Of a DNA stretch of 23,559 bases, positions 7,524 through 15,613 are shown in pieces; position 1 is the stretch's first letter, and each line of letters starts with the position of its first letter. The notes beneath the pieces are model-generated. The model did no database searches and had not been told where the DNA came from. It saw only the letters and a program-made list of their open reading frames with translations. Source of the stretch: a candidate division WOR-3 bacterium (lineage in GTDB: Bacteria; Hydrothermota; Tepidihabitantia; Tepidihabitantales; Tepidihabitantaceae); NCBI GenBank assembly GCA_965648935.1, contig CBFGIY010000036.1, positions 1 to 23,559 of the forward strand, written 5' to 3'. A program made the position numbers and the translations under genes.

Positions 7524-8150
7524 ATGCACAGAGCATTCACCGATCGCGACCGAGACTGGGCGTATGCGCGTGATATCCGGCTGGCGGGCACCGCGGCACT
7601 GGCGCTGTCCATCGCCGCGTTCCTGCTGCTCAAACCTGTTGAGATGAGGCCCCATGCTCGCTCGGTCGCCAAGTGGACCGAACTTGACAGCCGGCAGATA
7701 GTGGTCATCGAACCGCCGCAGCCGCCGGACGCTGTCCCGCCCCGGCCGCGCGATTTCGTGGCATCGGACAACGGGGCGGCGACCGATCCGGGGATCGGAA
7801 TGAGCCACGACGGACTCGACTCGCTGCGCGTGCTGTATCCTCCAGCCGACCGTGTCCCGCCGCTGCCCTACTACAAGGTCGAGAGGAAACCGGTGCTGGT
7901 CAACAAGGTGGTTCCTGACTACCCGCGGTTCGCCCGCGATGCGGGGATCGAGGGGCTGGCCGTGGTCTGTGTCGTGGTCGATACCAGCGGTCTGGTCGAG
8001 AGCGCCGAGGTGTATGCCTCGTCGGGCAACCGGGCGCTGGATGAGGCAGCGCTCGAAGCGGCAAGGCGCGCGCGGTTCCAGCCCGGTTACCAGCTCGACC
8101 GGCCGGTGCGCGTGATGGTCAACCTGCCGTTCAACTTCCGGCTCGAGTAG
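7524..8150 (+). CDS. tonB: Energy transducer TonB, stand-alone paralogue (208 aa)
   Basis: N-terminal TM anchor, Pro-rich linker and C-terminal PDYPRFARDAGIEG..V.V.VD..G.V....V..SSG...LDEAALEA...F.P.....PVRV....PFNF. Strong SD. Confidence 0.9.
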   Translation: MHRAFTDRDRDWAYARDIRLAGTAALALSIAAFLLLKPVEMRPHARSVAKWTELDSRQIVVIEPPQPPDAVPPRPRDFVASDNGAATDPGIGMSHDGLDSLRVLYPPADRVPPLPYYKVERKPVLVNKVVPDYPRFARDAGIEGLAVVCVVVDTSGLVESAEVYASSGNRALDEAALEAARRARFQPGYQLDRPVRVMVNLPFNFRLE

Positions 8151-8183
8151 ACAGGAACTGACTGGTCGGAACCGGCAGAATGT

Positions 8184-8214
8184 GGCGACAGGGGGCTTTC
8201 CGCACCCTGTCGCC
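8184..8214. terminator. GC-rich hairpin between convergent tonB and M16 genes
   Basis: Perfect 10-bp stem GGCGACAGGG / CCCTGTCGCC with an 11-nt loop. No clear U-tract on either strand. Confidence 0.5.
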
Positions 8215-8231
8215 GGCGAAATGCGCAGGAT

Positions 8232-9572
8232 TCAGTCGAGCCAGTTGACTCCGGTCAGACCGAGGTCTTCGCGCGTGACGTTGCCGATGACGACCAGGCA
8301 GTAGTTACCGGGATTCAGCCGGCTGGCCATTGCCCGGCTGATCGCGGTTCGGTCTACGGCACGCACGCGGTCGGGGAAGGTCTCGAGCCAGTCCAACCCG
8401 AGACCGTAGAGCTCCTGTGAGGCGACTTCGCGCACCTTACCAGAATTGGAGCTGTAGCCGAGCGGGAAGCTGCCGCTGTAGAAGTTGTGCGCCTTTCTGA
8501 CCTCGTCGGCAGTGGGGCCGCTGTCGCGCATCCGTTCAATCTCGGCGAACATCAGGCGCAGGGCCTCGGCCGGTTGCGAAGTCTGGACCGTGGCGTAGAA
8601 CGCGCCGCGCAGGCGCAGGCGGTCGAACCAGCAGCGCACATCGTAGGCCAGGCCGGCTTTCTCGCGTACCGCGATGCCCAGCCGGGACGACAGGGCCGAG
8701 CCGCCGAGTATGTAGGCGCCGAGCCGTGTCGCGAGTAGGTCGGGGTCGGACATGCGAATACCGGGGTGACCGAATGCGATGTATGTCTGGTTCATCTCCG
8801 GCCGGGTGATGACGCGGCCGGTGATGCCTTGGGGCATCTGCGGCTCAGGTATGACCGGAGAGGGAACCGCGGTTCGCTCCCAGGCGCCGAACCGGCGGCC
8901 GATCTCGTCGAGCACGGCTTCACGCCGTACGTCGCCTGCGACCACGACGAAGCAGTTGTTTGGCACATAGTGCCGGCGATGGAACTCCGCGAGGTCGGCG
9001 TGGCGGATCGCGGCCAGCGATGCCGTGTCGCCCGAGAGGCTGGTGGAGAACGGGTGGCCCGGGAACAGCAGTCTGTCGAGCTCGTAGGTCACCTGCCACG
9101 ACGGAAAGTCGAACCGTCGCCGTGCGCCGGCGAGTAGCCCCTGCCGCGCCAGCTCGATCTCGGCTGAGTCGAAGGCTGGATTGAGCACCGCGTCGGCAAG
9201 CAGGTCAAGACCGGTCGCGATGTCGCGCGACAGAAACCGGCCCGAAACGCTGCTGTGGTCCTTGGCAGCGTTGCCGGAGACTGTCGCGCCGAGAAACTCA
9301 ACCGCAGCGGCAAAGGAATCGGCCGGCATCGTCTTTGTTCCTCGTCCGAGCATCTGCGCCGTGAACACGGCAAGGCCGGCGCGGTCAAGCGGGTCGGCAT
9401 CGTGGCCTGAGCGGCAGACCAGGGCGACATCGACCAGGCCCAGACGGCTGTCCTCGTAGGTAAGCACAACCAGGCCGTTGGCGAGCGAGTCGCGGTACAG
9501 CGGCAGCGCGGCCAAGGTGGTCCCCGCGTACAGAACCGCAACAGCGAGTATCAGTCCCAGCCCCGGTCTCAT
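8232..9572 (-). CDS. M16 (pitrilysin/insulinase) family protein, non-catalytic subunit, with signal peptide
   Basis: LANGLVV, HYVPNNCFVVVAGD and SSRLGIAVREKAGLAY (R/Y motif). HXXEH position replaced by VFTAQ. Hydrophobic N-terminal signal. ATGA-coupled to its partner with SD GAGGAGG. Confidence 0.88.
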   Translation of the reverse strand: MRPGLGLILAVAVLYAGTTLAALPLYRDSLANGLVVLTYEDSRLGLVDVALVCRSGHDADPLDRAGLAVFTAQMLGRGTKTMPADSFAAAVEFLGATVSGNAAKDHSSVSGRFLSRDIATGLDLLADAVLNPAFDSAEIELARQGLLAGARRRFDFPSWQVTYELDRLLFPGHPFSTSLSGDTASLAAIRHADLAEFHRRHYVPNNCFVVVAGDVRREAVLDEIGRRFGAWERTAVPSPVIPEPQMPQGITGRVITRPEMNQTYIAFGHPGIRMSDPDLLATRLGAYILGGSALSSRLGIAVREKAGLAYDVRCWFDRLRLRGAFYATVQTSQPAEALRLMFAEIERMRDSGPTADEVRKAHNFYSGSFPLGYSSNSGKVREVASQELYGLGLDWLETFPDRVRAVDRTAISRAMASRLNPGNYCLVVIGNVTREDLGLTGVNWLD

Positions 9573-10876
9573 CTCGCCTCCTCGTTGGACAGCAACAGGC
9601 CAACCGTTCGTTGCTCCGGTCTGAGATAGCGGCGGCAGAACTCGCGCACCGTTTCGGCATCGACTGCCTCGAACCGGGCCGGGTAGCGGGCCCAGGCGCG
9701 CCAGTCGCCCTCGATGATGTGAGACTGGGCCAGCAGGTAGGCGACGTCGCTGATGTCATCCTTGTCGAACATCTGGCTGGCGAGCACGGAGTTGCGCACG
9801 CGCTGGAGTTCGCGCTCGCTGGCCAGTTCGTGCTGCATCAGCGCTATCTCCTCGGCAACGGCCGTCTCGATGCGCGGGATCAGGCTTTCAGCCAGCGGCG
9901 TCACGCTCACCATCAGCAGGCCGGGATCGCGCTGGACCCCGTTCCACGCCGCGGCCGAGGACGCAAGCTTGTCCCGGACGACCAGCCGCTGGTAGAGCCG
10001 TGAGCCGCGGCCTGAGCCGAGGATGCCGGCGGCGACCTCGGCCGCGAAGTAGAGGCTGTCGCGGATGCCGGGTGAGCGATACCCGATGAGCAGGTTTGGC
10101 TGGCCCACGCGGCGGCGCACGGTGATGCGGCGCTCGCCGTTCTGTTCGGGCTCGGCGTCGTAGTAGTCGGGCAGGTTCACGGGCGTGCCCTTGATGCGGC
10201 CGAAGTACTTCCTCGCCTTGGCGCGGACCTCATCGGGCCGCACATCGCCGGCGACCACCAGCACGGCGTTGGTCGGGTTGTAGTGGCGTCTGTACCAGTC
10301 GCGCACTGCCTCAACCGTGAACCGGCGCACGTCGTCCATCCAGCCGATGGTTGGATTGCGCTGCGGATTGGCGAGGAACGCGGTCGCTTCGAACTGCTCC
10401 CAGAGCGCCGACGTTGGCCGGTTGTCACCCAGACGCCGTTCTTCGCTGACAACCTGGTGCTCGCTGGCGAACTCGGAGTCGAGGAATACGCACCGGCCCA
10501 TCCGCGCCGCTTCGAGCCGCATCCCGACCTCCCAGCGGTCGCGGGCCAGGTCTTCGTAGTAGCCGGAGTAGAAGGTTGAGGTGAAGCCGTTGTTGCGGCC
10601 CCCGGCCTCGTCGACGATGCGGTCGAAGTCGCCCGGACGGTAGATGTCGGTGCGCTTGAATGTCATATGTTCGAGCATATGCGAAATGCCGGTCAGTCCG
10701 GTCGGCTCGTAGTATGAGCCGATGCGGTACCAGGCGTTGACCGACACGACCGGGGCCGAAGAGTCGACGTAAACGAGCACGTCGAGGCCGTTTCTGAGTT
10801 TGAACTGGGTGACGCGCGACTCGAGATCGACAGCGCCCGCAGTCAGCAGTAGCAGGGCAGTCACAAACTGCATCAT
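9569..10876 (-). CDS. M16 zinc metallopeptidase, catalytic subunit, with probable signal peptide (435 aa)
   Basis: GISHMLEHM (HXXEH), NNGFTS, EHQVVSEER and YNPTNAVLVVAGD. Start set at ATG 10876 after SD AGAAAGG. N-terminus MMQFVTALLLLTAGA. Confidence 0.9.
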   Translation of the reverse strand: MMQFVTALLLLTAGAVDLESRVTQFKLRNGLDVLVYVDSSAPVVSVNAWYRIGSYYEPTGLTGISHMLEHMTFKRTDIYRPGDFDRIVDEAGGRNNGFTSTFYSGYYEDLARDRWEVGMRLEAARMGRCVFLDSEFASEHQVVSEERRLGDNRPTSALWEQFEATAFLANPQRNPTIGWMDDVRRFTVEAVRDWYRRHYNPTNAVLVVAGDVRPDEVRAKARKYFGRIKGTPVNLPDYYDAEPEQNGERRITVRRRVGQPNLLIGYRSPGIRDSLYFAAEVAAGILGSGRGSRLYQRLVVRDKLASSAAAWNGVQRDPGLLMVSVTPLAESLIPRIETAVAEEIALMQHELASERELQRVRNSVLASQMFDKDDISDVAYLLAQSHIIEGDWRAWARYPARFEAVDAETVREFCRRYLRPEQRTVGLLLSNEEAR

Positions 10877-10916
10877 GTGTAACCTTTCTTTCGTGGCAGG
10901 TGGATCAAGACCAAAG

Positions 10917-10945
10917 AGCATAGTAGGTTGGCACGTTTGAGTCAA
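10917..10945 (-). promoter_or_regulatory. Sigma70-type promoter for the M16 pair (TTGACT-N17-TATGCT)
   Basis: Read on the reverse strand, about 40 nt upstream of ATG 10876, in an AT-richer patch. Confidence 0.65.
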
Positions 10946-10948
10946 ACG
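10934..10948. promoter_or_regulatory. Perfect 7-1-7 palindrome CGTTTGA-G-TCAAACG overlapping the M16 -35 box (candidate operator)
   Basis: The inverted repeat is seen directly. The operator role is inferred from its position. Confidence 0.5.
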
Positions 10949-11472
10949 GGCGACCGGCGAGTCGCGCATGCCGGGCCGGGAGCAGGGCCCATATGACAGC
11001 TGCTCTGACTGCGGTCGTGTGACGCGGGTTCGGACGGGTGATCCCGGGGCGGATGTCATCTCTGTTCGGTGCCGGGTCGGCTATGCGGCCAGTTCGCGCG
11101 GTGCCGGCCGCTCTGTTCGTGCAGATCGAGGCGGGCGAGGCGGCCCGGTCAGTTGCTCGGCAGGATCCGAATCTGGACCGTCTGCTCGGCGCGCGGCGGT
11201 GTCGCGGGGCAGACGCTGAGGTCAGACAGGGAGTCACTCCCCTCTTGACTTGGCCGCCGATCGTGCCGGCGGTCCAACCACCCGCGATACTGATGGCCGG
11301 GTGCAGGCAACGTGCCGCGCGAGCACCCGCAAGCGGGCGGACTGACATATCGTACGGCTGTTCGGCCGCGGGCATGCCGGGTATCAAGATGGGCTTGCCA
11401 TCGGCCGGTTTTGGGATATGATGGCACTCCGGTCGGGCGGCGCGAGCCCGTCGGAAAAGGCCTCTCTGCCGC

Positions 11473-11500
11473 TTGACAAGTGGCGGTGGGGGGCTAAATT
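11473..11500 (+). promoter_or_regulatory. Sigma70-type promoter for the exbB cluster (TTGACA-N16-TAAATT)
   Basis: Perfect -35 and TAnnnT -10, 42 nt upstream of the exbB GTG. SD AAGGAGG at 11531-11537. Confidence 0.68.
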
Positions 11501-11542
11501 AGGTTACTGAGTCCTGTAGCTAACCATCCTAAGGAGGACTGA

Positions 11543-12160
11543 GTGATACAGGAATTCCAAGCCGGCGGTGGGACCATGTGGTTCCTGCTCGCTTGTGCTG
11601 TCCTCGGCATCGCCATGACGCTTGAGCGGATATTCACGCTCTTTGTTCGGCTCAACGTTGATGTGAAGAAGTTCAGCCACCAGGTCATTCAGACCGTGGA
11701 CAAGCAGGGCGTTGCGGCCGGCCTTGCAGTCTGTGAAAAGAGCAAGAGCCCGGTCGCCCGCGTACTGCGCGCTGCCCTGCTCAAGGCCGATATGGGCAAG
11801 ACCGCGATGGAGGACGCTATCATCGCGGCCGGTACCTCCGAGCTGGCGTTTCTCGACCGCGGCATGCCGCTTCTGGCCGGGCTGACCACGGTGGCGCCGT
11901 TCTTCGGCTTCCTCGGCACGGTGACCGGCATGATCGGCGCGTTCCGGGCTGTCGCCCAGGTGGGCGAGGTCGACCCGACCGTCGTGGCGAGCGGCATCTC
12001 CGAGGCGCTCATCACCACGAAGTGGGGCCTGATGATCGCCGCACCTCTCGCGATCGTGGTCATCCTGTTCCAGGGCCGGATCAACGGCTACCTGCGCGAC
12101 ATGGAGACTTCGTCGGCCCAACTGCTGGACGTGGTCATCGCCAAGACGGGCAAGCAGTAG
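11543..12160 (+). CDS. exbB: MotA/TolQ/ExbB proton channel protein
   Basis: APFFGFLGTVTGMIGAF and VASGISEALITTKWGLMIA. Three TM segments. Confidence 0.92.
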   Translation: MIQEFQAGGGTMWFLLACAVLGIAMTLERIFTLFVRLNVDVKKFSHQVIQTVDKQGVAAGLAVCEKSKSPVARVLRAALLKADMGKTAMEDAIIAAGTSELAFLDRGMPLLAGLTTVAPFFGFLGTVTGMIGAFRAVAQVGEVDPTVVASGISEALITTKWGLMIAAPLAIVVILFQGRINGYLRDMETSSAQLLDVVIAKTGKQ

Positions 12161-12168
12161 AGGCACAG

Positions 12169-12600
12169 ATGGCTATCGGCCTGAGAAACCGGCGCCGCGA
12201 TCAGTCACAGCCGGCCATCCCGACGGCCTCGACCGGCGATATCGCCTTTCTGATAATCATCTTTTTCATGGCGACCAGCATATTCTCGCGCGAAAAGGGG
12301 TTGAAGATAGTCCTGCCCGAGAAGGGCGAGGCGGTCAAGATCAAGGCCGAGAACGTGCTGGTGGTTGCTGTGAGTCAGTCCGGGCAGACGCTCATCGACA
12401 ATCAGGTCGTCCAGATTCCCGAGGTGCGCGGTATCATCGAGCAGCGCATCGCCGCCAACAAGGACATCGCCATCGCGCTGCGCGTCAGCCGACGCGCTCC
12501 CTATCAGACGATGATACAGGTGTTTGACCAGCTCAAGCTGGCCGACGCAGAGCGCATCAGCCTCGCGCCGGTGATGGAGGAAGAGGGAGGCGGATCGTGA
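12169..12600 (+). CDS. exbD: Biopolymer transporter ExbD, copy 1 (143 aa)
   Basis: IPTASTGDIAFLIIIFFM with the conserved TM Asp, and LRVSRRAPYQTMIQVFDQLK. Start set at ATG 12169. Confidence 0.9.
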   Translation: MAIGLRNRRRDQSQPAIPTASTGDIAFLIIIFFMATSIFSREKGLKIVLPEKGEAVKIKAENVLVVAVSQSGQTLIDNQVVQIPEVRGIIEQRIAANKDIAIALRVSRRAPYQTMIQVFDQLKLADAERISLAPVMEEEGGGS

Positions 12601-13022
12601 AGCGGATCGCCGAGAAGCGTGCGTCCAACCCTGATCTGCCGACGGCCTCGACAGGCGATATCGCTTTCCTGCTCATCATTTTCTTCATGGTTTCGACGAC
12701 CTTCCGGCAAGGAGTGGGCATCAACGTGACTCTGCCCAGCGCCGAGAAGACCGAGCGCATTCTGAAACGGCGCAATGTCGAGAATATCTGGATTGACCGT
12801 GCCGGCCGGATCAGTATCAGCGACAATCTGGTCACTATTCCCTCTGTGCCCGGTATCATCGGGGAGAAGGTGATCCAGAACCCGGAACTGGTCGTGATGC
12901 TGCAGGCGGACAAGGACGTGCCGTACGGCTATGTCACCGACGTCCTTGAGGGACTCAAAGACGCCCGGGCGCTGAAGGTGACTTTCGCGACCGAGTATAA
13001 GGTTGGGGGCGGAGGTTCATGA
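12597..13022 (+). CDS. exbD: Biopolymer transporter ExbD, copy 2
   Basis: LPTASTGDIAFLLIIFFMVST and LQADKDVPYGYVTDVL. GTGA overlap. Confidence 0.92.
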   Translation: MKRIAEKRASNPDLPTASTGDIAFLLIIFFMVSTTFRQGVGINVTLPSAEKTERILKRRNVENIWIDRAGRISISDNLVTIPSVPGIIGEKVIQNPELVVMLQADKDVPYGYVTDVLEGLKDARALKVTFATEYKVGGGGS

Positions 13023-13651
13023 TGTTGTCACATGGAATCGAAGCCTTTGCCTGGGAAGACCGTTACTACGCGGTCGCCGTGCGCGTTGGTGCGGTGGCCG
13101 CGTTGGTGATATGCCTGGCTGCTTTTCTCCTTCTGCCCAAGGAGTTTGAGGTCAAGCCCTATCAGTTGAGGCGCAGCGTCGAGATGATGATGGAGGCCTT
13201 GCCGCCCAATCTCCAGCAGATGGCCGAGGAACCCAAGGTCGAACGGCCGCAGAGCGTACCGGTCGCGGCCGAGAGCGAAGCCGAGGTCGAGGCGGCGACC
13301 ATCGAAGCGACGACTTTCCAGGAAGTGGTGCGGCGCACGACCGACACCGACATTCCGGTCGTGCCTTTCTGGAAGGTTGAGGTCAAGCCCAAGCCGATCA
13401 ACATTCCCGTGCCGGCCTACCCCGAGATGGCCCGGACCGCGGGCATAGAGGGTCAGGCCGTGGTCGAGGCGCTGGTTGACGTTGACGGCAAGGTGGCGGA
13501 CGCGCGAATACTCAAGAGCGCCGGCAATTCGGCGTTGGACCAGGCCGCTATCGAGGCGGCGATGAGGTCGACATTCACCCCTGCGAAACAGCGGGACCAG
13601 GCGGTGCGGGTGTGGGTATCCATTCCCTTCCGCTTCACGCTGACGCAGTAG
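13019..13651 (+). CDS. tonB: Energy transducer TonB (in the exb cluster)
   Basis: TM anchor and PAYPEMARTAGIEGQAVVEALVDVDGKV...LDQAAIEAA...FTPA...VRVWVSIPFRF. ATGA overlap with exbD. Confidence 0.92.
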   Translation: MMLSHGIEAFAWEDRYYAVAVRVGAVAALVICLAAFLLLPKEFEVKPYQLRRSVEMMMEALPPNLQQMAEEPKVERPQSVPVAAESEAEVEAATIEATTFQEVVRRTTDTDIPVVPFWKVEVKPKPINIPVPAYPEMARTAGIEGQAVVEALVDVDGKVADARILKSAGNSALDQAAIEAAMRSTFTPAKQRDQAVRVWVSIPFRFTLTQ

Positions 13652-13660
13652 GGAATGAAA

Positions 13661-13738
13661 GCGGTCAGGCGACCGCGAGAGCAGTGGCCGCGGGCAAGCG
13701 GTCACCGGAAGAGAGAAGAGAAGAGGGCAGAGATGCCC
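13661..13738 (+). promoter_or_regulatory. Structured intercistronic region with three hairpins and a purine-only tract
   Basis: GCGGTC-AGGC-GACCGC (13661-13676), GTGGCCGC-N6-GCGGTCAC (13684-13705, one G-U pair) and GGGCA-GAGA-TGCCC (13725-13738). Confidence 0.45.
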
Positions 13739-13759
13739 AAGAGCAAAAGGAGGAGACCG

Positions 13760-15487
13760 ATGCGTAACCTAGTCTGTCTTGCCCTGCTGGTGCCGGCGGT
13801 ATTGCTGGCGGCAGGGATCAACCAGCCGGTCACCGCCATCGCGCCCGAGGGCGCCTGGCAGATGACGCCGGCGCCGGCTCGCACCGAGGCATCGCGCCCG
13901 GGCGAGCGTGGCACGATCGCGGTCGTGGGCACCGTCGACACAATCGGCGGTACTGTGTACGACTGGGGCTTCAACGGCCCGAGCTACCGGATGCTCGTGA
14001 CATCGCCGGACTACGGTGTTCACGCTCAGTGGATGTTCTCGAACGACCCGAACAACTACCCCGACCGTAACGAGCGCTACAACTTCTACGACTTCGCGAC
14101 CCGCGAGTGGAACTGGATTGACCCGGACTATATGGCTTCCGGGATCAGCACTTTCGCGGTCAGGTCGGGTTTCGGCGGTCTGAGTGCCGACCCGGTCACC
14201 GGCGTGGCGGTGCTTTCGACGCACGCCGGCGCGATCCGGCCGATCGTGGCGCGCGACGTCGCACCAGGCGCCGGCATCTTCGAGTACTGTGACGGCTCGC
14301 CGACGCTGGATGGCTACCTCTGGCCGCCGGTCGATGTGGGCCAGAACCAGACGATCCACCTCGCGCCGGTAGACGATGCGTCGCGCGACGGCCTGTACTA
14401 CTCGCGCGCGACCACCTGGTGCAACTGGGACAGCCCGATCGGCATACCCGCGCCGCAGCCTGACCCGACGTTCCCGACCCAGAACATCTGCGCGTCCGAC
14501 GTCAGCGACAAGGTCGTCATCACTTGGGTTTTCTCGGACGAGACCGGCGCGGTTGACCCGGGGTTCTACCGCGAGTCGCAGGACGGCGGCGCGACCTGGG
14601 GTCCGCCGACCGAGATTCCGACGCCCAACCCGTTCGGGCCGGACACGACTCCCTCATTCCACATCACCTCGCTGTTCCCGTTCTATGACTCCGAGGACAA
14701 CCTGCACTTCGCGGCCAACGTGATGCCGGTCGTGCGCGACACCGGCTATATCCTGCCGGCGGTCATCTACCACTGGTCGCAGGCGCTGGGCTGGACCCAG
14801 ATTCATCGCGCCGATACTGATTCCCTGCTCGCCGCGGTCGGGTACAACGCGATGTTTGCCTGCCGGCCCCAGCTCGCCCAGGTGTACGGCGACGCGCGCA
14901 AGCTGCACGTTGTCTGGGAGCAGTTCGACGGCACCAACGTCGAGCCGGTCACCAACCTGCTACGCGCCGACATCTATCACGCGTCGTCGACCGACGGCGG
15001 CGCGACCTGGTCGCAGGCGCTGAAGCTCACCGACCGGACCACTGCCAGCCACCGGTTCCCTTCGATTGCCAACCCGGTCGTGGCGGACACGGTGATGGTG
15101 CGCTACCTGATGGACCTGCAGGCCGGTTTCGTGATCCAGGGGCAGGGCACCGCGACGAACAACCCGATCGTCGTGCAGAAGGTCTACGCGCCGCTGGGCG
15201 GCGTTGCCGAGCGTCCCTCGGTGCCGACCCGCGTCGAGCTGGCCGCTTCGCCCAACCCGGTTCTGAACCGCGCCCGCATCAGCTACGCGTTGCCGCGCGC
15301 GGGCCAGGTCAGCCTGCAGGTGTTTGACGCCGCGGGCCGCCCGGTCCAGACTCTCGTAAACAGCCGCGTCGGCGCCGGTCGCCACACCGCGACCTGGGAC
15401 GCCAGCAGGGTTGCGGGCGGCGTGTACTTCTACACGCTGACCACCGACGAGACTTCGGTAACCAAGAAGCTGATAGTCGCCCGGTAA
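13760..15487 (+). CDS. Exported BNR/Asp-box (probable beta-propeller) protein with a C-terminal T9SS type A sorting / FlgD-Ig-like domain (575 aa)
   Basis: Start set at ATG 13760 after AAGGAGGAG. Signal peptide MRNLVCLALLVPAVLLA, Asp-boxes SQDGGATW and STDGGATW, and CTD SPNP..NRARISY.LP..G.VSL.VFD.AGR.V.TL...WD.....GVYFY.L......TKKLIV. Confidence 0.85.
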   Translation: MRNLVCLALLVPAVLLAAGINQPVTAIAPEGAWQMTPAPARTEASRPGERGTIAVVGTVDTIGGTVYDWGFNGPSYRMLVTSPDYGVHAQWMFSNDPNNYPDRNERYNFYDFATREWNWIDPDYMASGISTFAVRSGFGGLSADPVTGVAVLSTHAGAIRPIVARDVAPGAGIFEYCDGSPTLDGYLWPPVDVGQNQTIHLAPVDDASRDGLYYSRATTWCNWDSPIGIPAPQPDPTFPTQNICASDVSDKVVITWVFSDETGAVDPGFYRESQDGGATWGPPTEIPTPNPFGPDTTPSFHITSLFPFYDSEDNLHFAANVMPVVRDTGYILPAVIYHWSQALGWTQIHRADTDSLLAAVGYNAMFACRPQLAQVYGDARKLHVVWEQFDGTNVEPVTNLLRADIYHASSTDGGATWSQALKLTDRTTASHRFPSIANPVVADTVMVRYLMDLQAGFVIQGQGTATNNPIVVQKVYAPLGGVAERPSVPTRVELAASPNPVLNRARISYALPRAGQVSLQVFDAAGRPVQTLVNSRVGAGRHTATWDASRVAGGVYFYTLTTDETSVTKKLIVAR

Positions 15488-15497
15488 GCAGTCTCTT

Positions 15498-15530
15498 GCG
15501 GGGCGGGCAGAGATGCCCGCCCCGCTCTTT
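15498..15530 (+). terminator. Intrinsic-terminator-like or mRNA-stabilising hairpin
   Basis: 12-bp perfect stem GCGGGGCGGGCA / TGCCCGCCCCGC with a GAGA tetraloop, followed by a weak TCTTT tail, 10 nt after the stop. Confidence 0.7.
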
Positions 15531-15613
15531 CAGAGGCAAGCAGAGGAACCGCCGGGTTCGAGGGGTCGCGGGCAGCGCGGCAGACCCCGACGGTTATCGG
15601 CAAGGAGGCAACG

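Noticed and set aside
10905..11427. Short ORFs on both strands in the divergent spacer (83-160 aa)
   Set aside because: Arg/Ala/Pro/Gly-rich composition typical of non-coding GC-rich DNA, with no clear SD and no motifs.
11428..11458. Imperfect hairpin followed by AAAA as a terminator
   Set aside because: The stem is mismatched and there is no U-tract 3' of it on either strand.
12220..12690. ~50-nt near-identical direct repeat at 12220 and 12639
   Set aside because: It is the conserved PTASTGDIAFL.IIFFM segment of the two exbD paralogues. Tandem exbD genes are common.
355..13759. Longest-ORF starts at 355, 3551, 5632, 7518, 11059, 12022 and 13655
   Set aside because: They overlap neighbouring genes, promoters or SD sites. 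Starts at 442, 3743, 5701, 7524, 10876, 12169 and 13760 fit SD position and family N-termini better.
13760..15487. Calling the Asp-box protein a sialidase
   Set aside because: Asp-boxes occur in many propellers, and no FRIP motif or catalytic set was identifiable.
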